Source: Dehalococcoidia bacterium (lineage in GTDB: Bacteria; Chloroflexota; Dehalococcoidia; Lucifugimonadales; UBA3495). Taken from it: DNA of 64,000 bases. This document shows positions 1 to 9,192 of the stretch, in pieces. The position numbers and the translations under genes were made by a program. Positions within the stretch are counted from its first letter, which is position 1, and each line of letters starts with the position of its first letter. The notes below the pieces were generated by a model. That model ran no database searches, was not told the DNA's origin, and was given only the letters and a program-made list of their open reading frames with translations. The stretch covers positions 2,660,182 to 2,724,181 of the forward strand of contig OZ253540.1 in NCBI GenBank assembly GCA_965262485.1. Direction: 5' to 3'.

Positions 1-420
1 TACAAGTTCGTGGAACCCGAAACCTCCTTCGACGAACTGGAAACCCTGCTCGCCAACGCCGAAACCGTTTGCCAGCGTCTCAACCTGCCCTACCGTATCC
101 TGGAGCTGTGCGCCGGCGACATATCCTTTCCATCGGCCAAGTCCTACGACATCGAAGTGTGGGCCGCCGGGTCAGGGGAGTGGCTGGAAGTGTCGTCCTG
201 CTCCAACTGCACCGACTTTCAGGCTCGCCGGGCCAACGTGCGATACCGACCCGCCGCCGGCGAACGCCCGCGTTTCGTCCACACCCTGAACGGCTCCGGC
301 CTGGCCCTGCCCCGCGTCATCATCGCCATCCTGGAAAACAACCAGCAGCCCGACGGCTCGGTCATCATCCCGGAGGCGCTGCGTTCTTACACCGGCTTCG
401 GGGTTATCCCGGCGAGGTGA
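1..420 (+). CDS. serS: Seryl-tRNA synthetase, C-terminal part (runs off window start)
   Basis: Motifs [42 protein letters not shown]. Confidence 0.97.
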   Translation, partial: YKFVEPETSFDELETLLANAETVCQRLNLPYRILELCAGDISFPSAKSYDIEVWAAGSGEWLEVSSCSNCTDFQARRANVRYRPAAGERPRFVHTLNGSGLALPRVIIAILENNQQPDGSVIIPEALRSYTGFGVIPAR

Positions 421-435
421 GGCGGGCCAGGGCCG

Positions 436-466
436 TTGACAAGCTTACCCTAGCCCTTGCTATCAT
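436..466 (+). promoter_or_regulatory. Putative sigma70 promoter for mod
   Basis: TTGACA at 436 and TGc-TATCAT at 458-466 (19-nt spacer, extended -10). Confidence 0.4.
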
Positions 467-502
467 TCCCGGCGACGCCACGTTATCGCCGAGAGGTTCG
501 CC

Positions 503-2107
503 ATGCCTACGCTGGATTTCAAGGGCAAGCAGCACATCTACGCCCACCACCTCACCGTGCCCTACCGCCCGCTGGTTCCCGACGCTGGGCGGTCACTCAA
601 TCCCGCCGATGTTGACGACAACCTCATCATCCACGGCGACAACCTGCACGCGCTGAAAGCGTTGCTGCCCCGCTACGCCGGCAAGGTCAAGTGCATCTAC
701 ATCGATCCGCCCTATAATACCGGCAACGAGGGCTGGGTTTATAACGACAACGCGAACAGCCCGCTGATGAAAGAGTGGGTGAAGCAAAACAGCCCGGTTG
801 ACGGCGAGGATTTGGAACGGCATGACAAATGGCTTTGCATGATGTGGCCCCGCCTGCACCTGCTCAAGGAACTGCTGGCGGATGACGGCGTGATTTTCGT
901 GTCCATCGACGACAATGAGCAGCATCATTTACGTATGATGATGGACGAGATTTTCGGTGACTTATCCTTCAAGAACAGTATAATCGTTCGCCGTGGCACT
1001 AAAAATGTTCAATCCCAATTTGCGACAATAGATGCTCTCTCGACTGGCCATGACACCACATTGCTATACAGCAAACAGAGTACTTTGAGACTCCCAAAGC
1101 TCATGTCAATTGGCGAAGAAGCGTCACCTGGGAAATGGGATACCTTTTGGCGTGGTACTGACCGGCCTACAATGAGATATGAATTATTCAGTGTAATTCC
1201 TGAACAGGGGCAATGGCGTTGGGCTGAACAACGCACTCACAATGCCATTGCAAATTATGAAAAGTATTGTGAGCAATACGAAACCCTCTATTCCCTTGAT
1301 GAATATTTTGGACTTATCAAGCAAGAAGAGGGGAGAGATTTGGATTTTGTTAGGTTGGGCCCAGACCAAACTATCCAATATTACGTGCCACCAAGAAATT
1401 ATACTATCCTATCCGACGTATGGATGGATTTACGTACTTCGGGAAGGCTAACTGATTTTCCCCATGAAAAGCATGAAGAGTTTGTAAAGAGAATGATCAA
1501 ATGGTTGACCAATAAAGATGCCATTGTCCTCGACTCTTTTGCCGGCAGTGGCACCACTGCCCACGCTGTCCTTGCGCTGAACAAAGAGGACGGCGGCAAC
1601 CGCAAGTTTATCCTGGTGGAGTGCGAGGACTACGCCGACACCATCACCGCCGAGCGGGTGCGGCGGGTCATCAACGGCGTTCCCAACGCGCGGGACAAGT
1701 CCTTGCAAGAAGGATTGGGCGGCTCGTTCACCTACTACACCCTGGGCAAACCGATTGACGTGGAGGGGATGCTGACCGGCGAAAACCTGCCGGAGTATCC
1801 GGCGCTGGCGGCCTACCTGCTGCATACGGCGTCGGGCCTGTCCGCCGGCGGGGGGTTGGAAGCGCAGAACGAGGACGGCCTCTTTTACAGCAACGGCGAT
1901 ACCGATTACTACCTGCTGTATCGCCCTGATATTAAGTGGCTGCGCAGCAACGATGCCATCCTGAACGAGGAACGGGCCCGGCGCATCAAGGGCGTTGGCA
2001 AAAAGGCCGTGATGTTCGCCGCCGACAAATACATGGGGCAGCGGTTCCTTTCCGATATGGGCATCACCTTCTGCCAGATACCCTACGAACTGCACCGAGG
2101 CGGTTAG
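503..2107 (+). CDS. mod: Type III R-M DNA adenine methyltransferase (Mod)
   Basis: IHGDNL, YIDPPY catalytic motif, DSFAGSGTT SAM motif; upstream of Res. Confidence 0.93.
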   Translation: MPTLDFKGKQHIYAHHLTVPYRPLVPDAGRSLNPADVDDNLIIHGDNLHALKALLPRYAGKVKCIYIDPPYNTGNEGWVYNDNANSPLMKEWVKQNSPVDGEDLERHDKWLCMMWPRLHLLKELLADDGVIFVSIDDNEQHHLRMMMDEIFGDLSFKNSIIVRRGTKNVQSQFATIDALSTGHDTTLLYSKQSTLRLPKLMSIGEEASPGKWDTFWRGTDRPTMRYELFSVIPEQGQWRWAEQRTHNAIANYEKYCEQYETLYSLDEYFGLIKQEEGRDLDFVRLGPDQTIQYYVPPRNYTILSDVWMDLRTSGRLTDFPHEKHEEFVKRMIKWLTNKDAIVLDSFAGSGTTAHAVLALNKEDGGNRKFILVECEDYADTITAERVRRVINGVPNARDKSLQEGLGGSFTYYTLGKPIDVEGMLTGENLPEYPALAAYLLHTASGLSAGGGLEAQNEDGLFYSNGDTDYYLLYRPDIKWLRSNDAILNEERARRIKGVGKKAVMFAADKYMGQRFLSDMGITFCQIPYELHRGG

Positions 2108-2128
2108 CAGTGTTACACTGGCAGCATC

Positions 2129-2509
2129 GTGGAGAGTTGGTGGCAAAGGCCGTGGGTGCGCTTTCACGCAACTATCGCACCGTTCGGAATTTTTGCGACA
2201 ATCCTGCTGTTGACTTGGTGTTTGGAGCAGTGGCAATGGCAGGGTCGGGTCAGTTGGGAGATGTCAGCGTCAATAGTTGACTTTGGGGCGGTGCTGTACG
2301 CGATGGCTGCCGTGGCAGTCGAAAGGAGTGTTGTACTTATGCTATGGGCGTTGGAACAGAGGAAGCAATGGCGGGCGAAGAGACGAGCCGAGACGTGGGC
2401 TGAAGTGCGTGATCAAGCTCGAGCCGAGGAGAAGCCGGAGATTGCGGCATGGCTGGAGCGCGCGGCTCAGGGGAAAGGCATTACTCTGGCTGGTTCGCCG
2501 CCGCGGTAA
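2129..2509 (+). CDS. Small membrane protein, paralog of 19479..19919
   Basis: Two hydrophobic segments and charged C-tail; shares PFG, LYxxAAVAxE and ML(W/Y) with the 19.5 kb ORF. Confidence 0.7.
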   Translation: MESWWQRPWVRFHATIAPFGIFATILLLTWCLEQWQWQGRVSWEMSASIVDFGAVLYAMAAVAVERSVVLMLWALEQRKQWRAKRRAETWAEVRDQARAEEKPEIAAWLERAAQGKGITLAGSPPR

Positions 2510-2539
2510 GGCAATTGGCATGGACCAGAGGCCGGAACA

Positions 2540-2773
2540 ATGGAATTCACGGTAACGATTGACCGGGATGAAGACGGCATCTGGATTGTGGAATGTCCGT
2601 CTATACCGGGCTGTGTCAGCCAGGGCGATACTAAGTATGCGGCCCTCGCCAACATCCGGAAGGCCATTGCACTTTGCATTGAGGTACGGGCTGAACAGGG
2701 CCTGCCCCTGACCGTTGAGACGCGGCAAGTGGAAGTGGCCCGGAATGTCGAGTTGAGTGGATGCTTGACGTAG
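2540..2773 (+). CDS. hicB: HicB-family antitoxin (no adjacent HicA)
   Basis: DEDGIWIVECPSIPGCVSQGDT..ALANIRKAI HicB signature. Confidence 0.88.
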   Translation: MEFTVTIDRDEDGIWIVECPSIPGCVSQGDTKYAALANIRKAIALCIEVRAEQGLPLTVETRQVEVARNVELSGCLT

Positions 2774-2786
2774 GTGGTTTGGAAAG

Positions 2787-5330
2787 ATGGAACTGAAAGA
2801 GTACCAAACCCGCACCCTTGATGTTTTTGAACGCTGGCAGAATGAATTGACGGCGGCGGAGCAGGAAACGCGGGAGGACATTGCGTACTACGAAGGTCGC
2901 GGGCGAACTGCCCCTGCAGATGTCCACAACTACCCGAAAACGGCCTGGCAGAAAATGGCCGCGACCGGCGAGGTGGCATCCAGCGCCAGACCGTATGTTG
3001 ACCGCACCGCCGACGCCGGCTTTCCCATCCCTCATGTCTGTTTCAAGGTTCCCACGGGTGGCGGCAAGACGCTGCTGGGCGCTGGGGCGCTGGAACGACT
3101 GAACAGGAGCAACGGGTTGGTGCTTTGGATGGTGCCCAGCAACGCCATCTACCTGCAAACCAAAGCGGCGCTGTGGGACCGGCAGCATCCCTACCGCCAG
3201 ATGCTGGAGCGGGGCAGCGGCCGGCGCGTCAAGATGCTGGAAAAAGACGACCCTTTCACCGCCGCCGATGTCGAGCACTACCTGTGCGTGATGCTCATAT
3301 CATTGCAGTCCGCCAACCGTAAGAGTAAAGATTTTCTGCGGATATTCCGCGATTCCGGGCGCTACGCCTCGTTCTTTCCCGATAATGACGACGTATTGAG
3401 CGATGCGCGCCTGCGCAGCATATACCCCGACCTTGACCCGCCCGGCGACGACCGACTAGTTGCGCAGAGCCTGTTCAACGTGCTGAAGATGCAGCGTCCG
3501 GTAGTCGTTCTGGACGAAGCCCACAAAGCCTATGGGCGACAAGAGAAAAACACCGATGAGTTTGTCCAGTCCATCAACCGCCTTAACCCGAGCCTGGTAA
3601 TCGAGCTATCGGCCACACCCAGCTCTTCCAAAAGCAATCTGCTGGTGGATATAAAGGGCAATGATCTGAAGACCGCGCAGATGATTAAGCTACCGGTACG
3701 AGTAACTTCTTTCGCCAACGCAGATTGGGGGCATACTCTGGGCCAGGCGCACGCCAAATTGGAAGAATTGGATAACGAAGCGGTGTCCCTGCAGTACAGC
3801 GAAGGGCGTTATATCCGCCCGATTGCGGTGGTGCGAGTCGAACGCACCAGCCCCGATCAGATCAACAGTGACCTCGTCCATGCTGAGCACGTGCGGGCAT
3901 ACCTGACGCAGAACCTGGGCGTTCCCAATGACGCCGTTGCCGTACAATCCAGCACCACCCGGGAGTTGGCGGGCGTTGACCTGCTATCCGAATTTTCACC
4001 GATACGATGGATAATCACGCGGGCCGCCTTGATGGAGGGCTGGGATTGTCCTTTTGCCTATCTGTTGGTCATGCTGGACAACACCAGCGCCAGGCGGGCT
4101 ATTACGCAGTTGGTGGGACGGGTAATGCGTCAACCCCACGCCCGTATCACCGAGAGAAAATCTCTGGACCAGTGCTACGTCTATTGTCAGGATACTAGCG
4201 TGAACGCCGCCGTGCAGTTCGTCAAGGACGGACTCGAACAGGAAGGGATGGGCGATCTGGACGATGACGTGTACTCGGATCAGACGACGACTTTCAAAAC
4301 CGTTCCCATCCATCGCCGCCGAGAGTTCAAGGACAAGGAGTTCTTCCTGCCCAAAGTGCTGCACCGGGATGCCAGTGGCGGTTGGGAGGAATTGGATTAT
4401 CAGAGGCATATTCTACCCGGCATAGACTTGGACAAAATTGATGCTCCCGATCCTCAAAGCGCGCAGGCAGACCGACCGCGCGAGGAAACGGCAACGGTTG
4501 ATTTAGGAGACAGTGGCGCTTCTGCTACCTTTTACAATGCCCAAGCATTGTTTGTTGATGAAAGTGTCAAAATCGCCTGGTACGCTCGCGGCATTTCAGA
4601 CATTTTGCCCAATCCATTTCAGGCGGCTCGCGTTGTCCGAGATCTGGTGCAACATATGTATGATGCCGGAGACGACGCCAAATCAATTTACGGCCAGCGT
4701 TCCGCTTTAGCGTCGCAGGTGCGCGAACACGTAGCGAAAGCTATGGACCGTCAGGCTGAGCAGGTCTTTCGCGCCAAGTTGGCCAGTGGGGAAATCCGCT
4801 TTGACCTCGAAGCCAGCGACTGCAATCACCGTATGTGGAAGTCACGCGAAATACTGGTTTCCGACAACGACGTTCTGTTACAGCGTTACGGGCAGTCCGT
4901 ACAGTTGAGTCTTTTTGAGCCGGTGTTCGACCGAAATTTTAACGACCTGGAGCGTAGATTCGCTTTTTACCTCGATGAGCAAAAAGCATTGCAGTGGTGG
5001 CACCGGGTGGCAGTCAGGCAATATGGCGAGTATTACCTGCGCGGCTGGCGTCGGGAACGCATCTGGCCGGATTTTGTGGCGATGGGGGGCGAAACTAACG
5101 GCAAGCCCAGTATGTTGGTATTTGAAACCAAAGGCGAGCACCTAAACGGCAACGACGATACCGAGTACAAAAAGCGCGTATTCAACGCCCTTGAAGAGAC
5201 CTTCAATGCCGGTAAGATGACCATTCACGACGGGCCGGCCAAAGGCGTCTTCCGACTAGTATTTGACAAAGTGGGTTTCCCGGACGCCGAAACCGCCCTC
5301 AATAAATTGAAGGGCGTTTATACTCCCTAG
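2787..5330 (+). CDS. res: Type III R-M restriction subunit (Res): SF2 helicase plus PD-(D/E)xK nuclease
   Basis: MELKEYQ, PTGGGKT, LDEAH, SAT, EGWDCP, QLVGRVMR, C-terminal WPDF..FETKG. Confidence 0.92.
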   Translation: MELKEYQTRTLDVFERWQNELTAAEQETREDIAYYEGRGRTAPADVHNYPKTAWQKMAATGEVASSARPYVDRTADAGFPIPHVCFKVPTGGGKTLLGAGALERLNRSNGLVLWMVPSNAIYLQTKAALWDRQHPYRQMLERGSGRRVKMLEKDDPFTAADVEHYLCVMLISLQSANRKSKDFLRIFRDSGRYASFFPDNDDVLSDARLRSIYPDLDPPGDDRLVAQSLFNVLKMQRPVVVLDEAHKAYGRQEKNTDEFVQSINRLNPSLVIELSATPSSSKSNLLVDIKGNDLKTAQMIKLPVRVTSFANADWGHTLGQAHAKLEELDNEAVSLQYSEGRYIRPIAVVRVERTSPDQINSDLVHAEHVRAYLTQNLGVPNDAVAVQSSTTRELAGVDLLSEFSPIRWIITRAALMEGWDCPFAYLLVMLDNTSARRAITQLVGRVMRQPHARITERKSLDQCYVYCQDTSVNAAVQFVKDGLEQEGMGDLDDDVYSDQTTTFKTVPIHRRREFKDKEFFLPKVLHRDASGGWEELDYQRHILPGIDLDKIDAPDPQSAQADRPREETATVDLGDSGASATFYNAQALFVDESVKIAWYARGISDILPNPFQAARVVRDLVQHMYDAGDDAKSIYGQRSALASQVREHVAKAMDRQAEQVFRAKLASGEIRFDLEASDCNHRMWKSREILVSDNDVLLQRYGQSVQLSLFEPVFDRNFNDLERRFAFYLDEQKALQWWHRVAVRQYGEYYLRGWRRERIWPDFVAMGGETNGKPSMLVFETKGEHLNGNDDTEYKKRVFNALEETFNAGKMTIHDGPAKGVFRLVFDKVGFPDAETALNKLKGVYTP

Positions 5331-5362
5331 AAGTCAACGCGCATCCCGATAGGAGGCCCCCA

Positions 5363-5590
5363 ATGTCCGGCATTTGGCCTGTTGAGGATGTGCTGGATGA
5401 TCCTGGTGAAGTTCAACCCAACCGAGGTCAGACGCGTAGCGCCATTGGCCAGACACGCGGCGGTCGCTACCTGCGTGTCATCTATACGCTTGACCCGGAT
5501 CCCGATAGCGTTTTAGTCATTACCGCTTACGAACTGCGCGGGCAACCGCTCGCTGCCTATCGGCGGCGCCGAAGCAGGAGAGGACGATGA
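5363..5590 (+). CDS. BrnT/DUF4258-like toxin with N-terminus copied from the downstream gene
   Basis: AIGQTRGGRYLRVIY..VLVITAY motif; ATGA overlap with next ORF. Confidence 0.7.
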   Translation: MSGIWPVEDVLDDPGEVQPNRGQTRSAIGQTRGGRYLRVIYTLDPDPDSVLVITAYELRGQPLAAYRRRRSRRGR

Positions 5591-6063
5591 AAGACCCCAA
5601 CGTGTACCCGCCCGGTTTGGACGCCAACAAAGTGCGGGAAATTATCGAGTACTACGATTCTCTGACCGAAGAAGAATGGATAGCGCAAGACGAAGCTGCT
5701 TATGAAGACCCAAACAATGCGGTGGCGCTGGTTCCAAAGGAGTTGTTCCCCGCCGTAGCTGCGCTGATCGCGCGCCACCAGGCAGAGAATCCCGCGGAAA
5801 CGGCGGCAGATCAGGTGCGGAAAGAGCAAAAGAAGGGAAAAACCGACAACTTTCCGCCCGGATGGGACGCAGAGCGCGTCCAGCGTCTCATCGAACATGA
5901 CGACTCGCGGACCAAAGAGGAAACGATCGCAGAAGACGAGGGCGCTTTTGAGCAGGACGGGCAGACGGTGATGGTCATTCCCGTCGAGCTGGCGCCCGCC
6001 GTAGCTGTGCTAATGGCGCGCCACGAGGCGGAGAACCCCGCGGAAACAACGCCGGCCGACTAA
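5587..6063 (+). CDS. Putative antitoxin made of two tandem homologous domains
   Basis: Internal repeat (Y/F)PPG(L/W)DA..V..IE.(Y/D)DS.T.EE.IA.DE.A..P.EL.PAVA.L.ARH.AENPAET; coupled to toxin-like ORF. Confidence 0.65.
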   Translation: MKDPNVYPPGLDANKVREIIEYYDSLTEEEWIAQDEAAYEDPNNAVALVPKELFPAVAALIARHQAENPAETAADQVRKEQKKGKTDNFPPGWDAERVQRLIEHDDSRTKEETIAEDEGAFEQDGQTVMVIPVELAPAVAVLMARHEAENPAETTPAD

Positions 6064-6128
6064 CCCGCAACAGCGCGGCGCGTGCGGGGTAGTAGCCATA
6101 ATAGTTCGCACAGAAAGGAACCTACACC

Positions 6129-6944
6129 ATGTCCGGCATTTGGCCTGATGATATTCAATGCGTTGCTCTGATTACTTTTGACGTGGATGGGGTGTCGTCG
6201 TGGCTGCGGCGCAACGCGGATTTTGCCAATTACCCCAGCCTGCTGTCCATGGCCGAATACGGCCCCAGCGTCGCCACGCCGCGCATCCTGGACATGCTGG
6301 ACGATCAGGGCATCAGGGCGAGTTTTTACATTCCGGGTCAGGTGGCCGAAACCCACCCCGATCTGGTGCGCGACGTTGCCAATCGAGGACACGAGGTCGC
6401 GCATCATGGTTACCTCCACGAGCCGCCGGCCACGATGACGCCCGCCGAGGAGGAAGAGGTTCTCATCAAGGGAATCGGCATCCTGGGCGACCTCACCGGC
6501 TCGGCTCCGGTGGGTTACCGGTCGCCGAGCTGGGAGTTGAGTCCGGTGTCCCTGGACCTGCTGGCCAATCACGGTTTTCGCTACGACAGCAGCCTGATGG
6601 GCGACGATGCTCCCTACTACGTTTCCGGCGGCGACCCGGCGCGTCAATTGGTGGAGTTGCCGATTCACTGGCTGCTGGACGATGCTCCCCACTTCGTGTA
6701 CGCGCCTTCCGCCAACCGGATGGGCCCCATGCGGAATCCGGATGAGGTGTTCGACAGTTGGGCCGCCGAGTTTCGCGGCATCTACCGCTACGGCCGTTGC
6801 TTCAACCTAACCATGCACCCGCAGTACATTGGCCGGCCCGGCCGCCTGTTGATGCTGGAACGCCTGGTGGAGTACATCAAATCCTTCCCCGGCGTCCGTT
6901 TCATGCGCGCCATCGACGTCGCCGAAATGTGGGAGAATGGCTGA
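6129..6944 (+). CDS. Polysaccharide deacetylase family (CE4, PuuE/HpPgdA-like)
   Basis: ITFDVD, HEVAHHGYLHE, GYRSPSW, YDSSLM, LTMHPQYIGRP. Confidence 0.92.
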   Translation: MSGIWPDDIQCVALITFDVDGVSSWLRRNADFANYPSLLSMAEYGPSVATPRILDMLDDQGIRASFYIPGQVAETHPDLVRDVANRGHEVAHHGYLHEPPATMTPAEEEEVLIKGIGILGDLTGSAPVGYRSPSWELSPVSLDLLANHGFRYDSSLMGDDAPYYVSGGDPARQLVELPIHWLLDDAPHFVYAPSANRMGPMRNPDEVFDSWAAEFRGIYRYGRCFNLTMHPQYIGRPGRLLMLERLVEYIKSFPGVRFMRAIDVAEMWENG

Positions 6945-6948
6945 CATC

Positions 6949-6990
6949 CTTCCCCTTTCCCGTCAAGGGAGAGGGTTGGGGTGAGGGTGA
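6949..6990 (+). repeat. Family B palindrome (CCCTCTCCC-N-GGGAGAGGG..GGGGTGAGGG)
   Basis: Copies also at ~12310, 23198/24556 (split by IS), 28250, 36963-37072, 47281, 51988, 52725, 57889, 62399, 62613, 63841. Confidence 0.85.
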
Positions 6991-7006
6991 AAGGAGAATC
7001 ATCATC

Positions 7007-7309
7007 ATGCCGGCAGTACACGACCGCGGGGGCTGGCCCGACGATACGCCCATAGACCGCGCCGAACACGTCCTGAGCGACTGGGAACGTCGGGTGGATG
7101 CCGTGCATCAGGCGCTTGGGCAGCAGGGGATTCGCACCACCGACGAGATGCGTCGGGCAATCGAAAGCCTGCCTCCGGAACGGTACGAATCCCTGTCCTA
7201 CTACGAGAAATGGACGGCCGCGCTGGAAATACTGCTGATTGAAAAGGGCGTTCTTACATCCAGTGAGATCGATTCAAAAACCGTCCAGCTGCGCGAGCAG
7301 GGTTTGTAG
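7007..7309 (+). CDS. Nitrile hydratase beta N-terminal domain protein (SCNase beta-like)
   Basis: VHDRGG, WERRVDA, DEMRRAIESL, YESLSYYEKW, LIEKG; RBS AAGGAG upstream. Confidence 0.9.
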   Translation: MPAVHDRGGWPDDTPIDRAEHVLSDWERRVDAVHQALGQQGIRTTDEMRRAIESLPPERYESLSYYEKWTAALEILLIEKGVLTSSEIDSKTVQLREQGL

Positions 7310-7395
7310 CGGTAGCTCGGGACAAGACGAGGAGATATTATCTAATGAAAATCCAAGTGGCATCGCATATATCATTGTAGTCTTGAGTCCAATAA

Positions 7396-7514
7396 GAAAC
7401 TATCTCAAAACCCACCATGCTCTCCGAAAGTCCGATCGCAGACAGGGTGAGTCGTGGATTCCCGCCTGCGCGGGAATGACGGGTTGGGCGGGCCGCCAGT
7501 TTTGAGATAGTTTC
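7396..7514. mobile_element. MITE with IS5-like ends, carrying a family D hairpin
   Basis: TIR GAAACTATCTCAAAA/TTTTGAGATAGTTTC, TAA on both flanks; internal GGATTCCCGCCTGCGCGGGAATGAC. Confidence 0.8.
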
Positions 7515-7530
7515 TAAGTGGGGAATCTCC

Positions 7531-8634
7531 ATGCCAAATACCGGAAACGACACGCCGTTCATCAACGCTAATTTCGCCATGACCGTAATCAAACGGGCGG
7601 CGGAAATCGTTGCCGGCGCCGCGACTACTCCCGGTCAGAACGGAAACGCCTTCGACGCACTCCGTCAGGCCAGGAATGAGTTCAAGGCCGGCGAAACTCG
7701 CCAACAGGAGAAGAGCCGGAGCTACGGCTGGGCGCTGTTGATGAGGGACGTAGGACAGTACATCAAAATCCGCCACCCGATATACGGGGATTCCTTCACG
7801 CCCATCGGGGACTGGAGCGAAGCAACGGCTCCTAACGTAGTGGCGCAAACCCTGCGGGAAGCCGCCACGGACATCGCTGACCTGGTGGCGGAGCGAACCC
7901 GAGACGCCAGCAAATTCAAGGCCATGACGCCTCGGGAAATGGCCGAGTATGACCTCATGTGGAAAGCCGCCGCTTTCCTTACCCGTCAGGGCCTAACCGT
8001 TACCGTCGCTTGGGATCGGGAGAACCCGAATGACCCCATTGACTACCGAGCAACCGTTGACGGAGTGGAGTGGGCCTTCGAACTTACCGAACTGCGCATC
8101 GACGCCGAGGGTTCCCACCTTACTATCGGGCACCCCTCAGAGCGCAAAACCATCCGGGAGCAACAGGACCAACTAGTTACTAAAGTGCCCCAGATACCCG
8201 ACGGCCCCGACGCGCTCCAACAAGCCCTCGAGAACGCCGCCAAGCACGGCAGCAAACCAAGCAAACTCAAGGATCTGAACGGGGTCAGGTATTCCCTGAT
8301 ACTGCACAACCGGCAATTCCTGTATGTGCCGGATTGGGAGGAAATCGCCATTCCAGACCTCAGCGCATTCGACGCGGTTTTAGCGCTGCATCAGGAAAGT
8401 TTTCCACCGGCGCAAACGTGGCAGGTTCTTCGGAACGGTTTTGGCAAGCCCATGCGAAGCCAGAACGTTAACGACTTAGGCGACATCGCCGCGTTCAGAA
8501 ACTCCAACCGGGCGCACCGCATCGACGCAGAACTGGTCAAATCAGCTTGGCAGCAGATCGAAGCCCTGGGGCTGACTGACAACGATATTCACGCCGCCAT
8601 AACCGAGGCCAGAGCAAAGAACAGCCACCGGTGA
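7531..8634 (+). CDS. Hypothetical protein, possible PD-(D/E)xK fold with antitoxin-like tail
   Basis: 367-aa ORF; PNDPIDY..WAFELTEL; C-terminal GLTDNDIHAAITEAR overlaps PIN gene (GTGA). Confidence 0.65.
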   Translation: MPNTGNDTPFINANFAMTVIKRAAEIVAGAATTPGQNGNAFDALRQARNEFKAGETRQQEKSRSYGWALLMRDVGQYIKIRHPIYGDSFTPIGDWSEATAPNVVAQTLREAATDIADLVAERTRDASKFKAMTPREMAEYDLMWKAAAFLTRQGLTVTVAWDRENPNDPIDYRATVDGVEWAFELTELRIDAEGSHLTIGHPSERKTIREQQDQLVTKVPQIPDGPDALQQALENAAKHGSKPSKLKDLNGVRYSLILHNRQFLYVPDWEEIAIPDLSAFDAVLALHQESFPPAQTWQVLRNGFGKPMRSQNVNDLGDIAAFRNSNRAHRIDAELVKSAWQQIEALGLTDNDIHAAITEARAKNSHR

Positions 8635-8864
8635 TGCGTCTAGTGTTGGACACCAATACGGCGCTAATGCCAATCACCAGAACAACCAGCAGTGAAACAT
8701 GGCTGCGTGAGGCGTGGGAAAACTCTATTTCATACCGTGCCTATCAGGCTGAAGCAGACTTTTTGGTAACCCGGGATGACGACCTCCTGGTACTCAAGGA
8801 CGAATCGGAAATTCCGATTGTCCCGCCATCCGAATTGCGCGTTATACTGCATCAACAACTCTGA
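8631..8864 (+). pseudogene. PIN-domain toxin with internal deletion
   Basis: RLVLDTN at start, ADFLVTRDDDLLVL and IPIVPPSEL at end, but only 77 aa. Confidence 0.75.
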
Positions 8865-8881
8865 CGCCCAAGCCTAGATAT

Positions 8882-9181
8882 ATGACCACCCCCACCGAAC
8901 CCATCCTCTACGCCGACGGCGCGGCTGTACGCATCCGCACCGGCTCGCCGTCGCACCACTTCCGCACGCCGGCTTACATCCAGGGCCAAACCGGGACGGT
9001 GGCCGCGCTGTGCGGTGTGTATCCCAACCCGGAGTCGCTGGCCCACGGTGGCGACGGGCTGCCTCGCCAACCGCTCTACCGCATCGAGCTGCGCCAGACT
9101 GACCTGTGGCCCGATTATTCCGGAAACCCCGCCGACACTCTGCAGGTGGACGTGTACCAGCATTGGCTGGAACCGGCCTGA
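8882..9181 (+). CDS. Nitrile hydratase beta C-terminal SH3-like domain protein (SCNase alpha-like)
   Basis: HFRTPAYIQGQTG, PESLAHG, PLYRI, DLWPDY, DVYQHWLEPA. Confidence 0.9.
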   Translation: MTTPTEPILYADGAAVRIRTGSPSHHFRTPAYIQGQTGTVAALCGVYPNPESLAHGGDGLPRQPLYRIELRQTDLWPDYSGNPADTLQVDVYQHWLEPA

Positions 9182-9192
9182 CTTGGAGAAAT

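Noticed and set aside
2506-2516. GTAAGGCAATT shared with the left junction of the IS1595-type cassette (19304-19314)
   Set aside because: Only 11 bp, with no partner end or TSD around 2129-2509; may be chance
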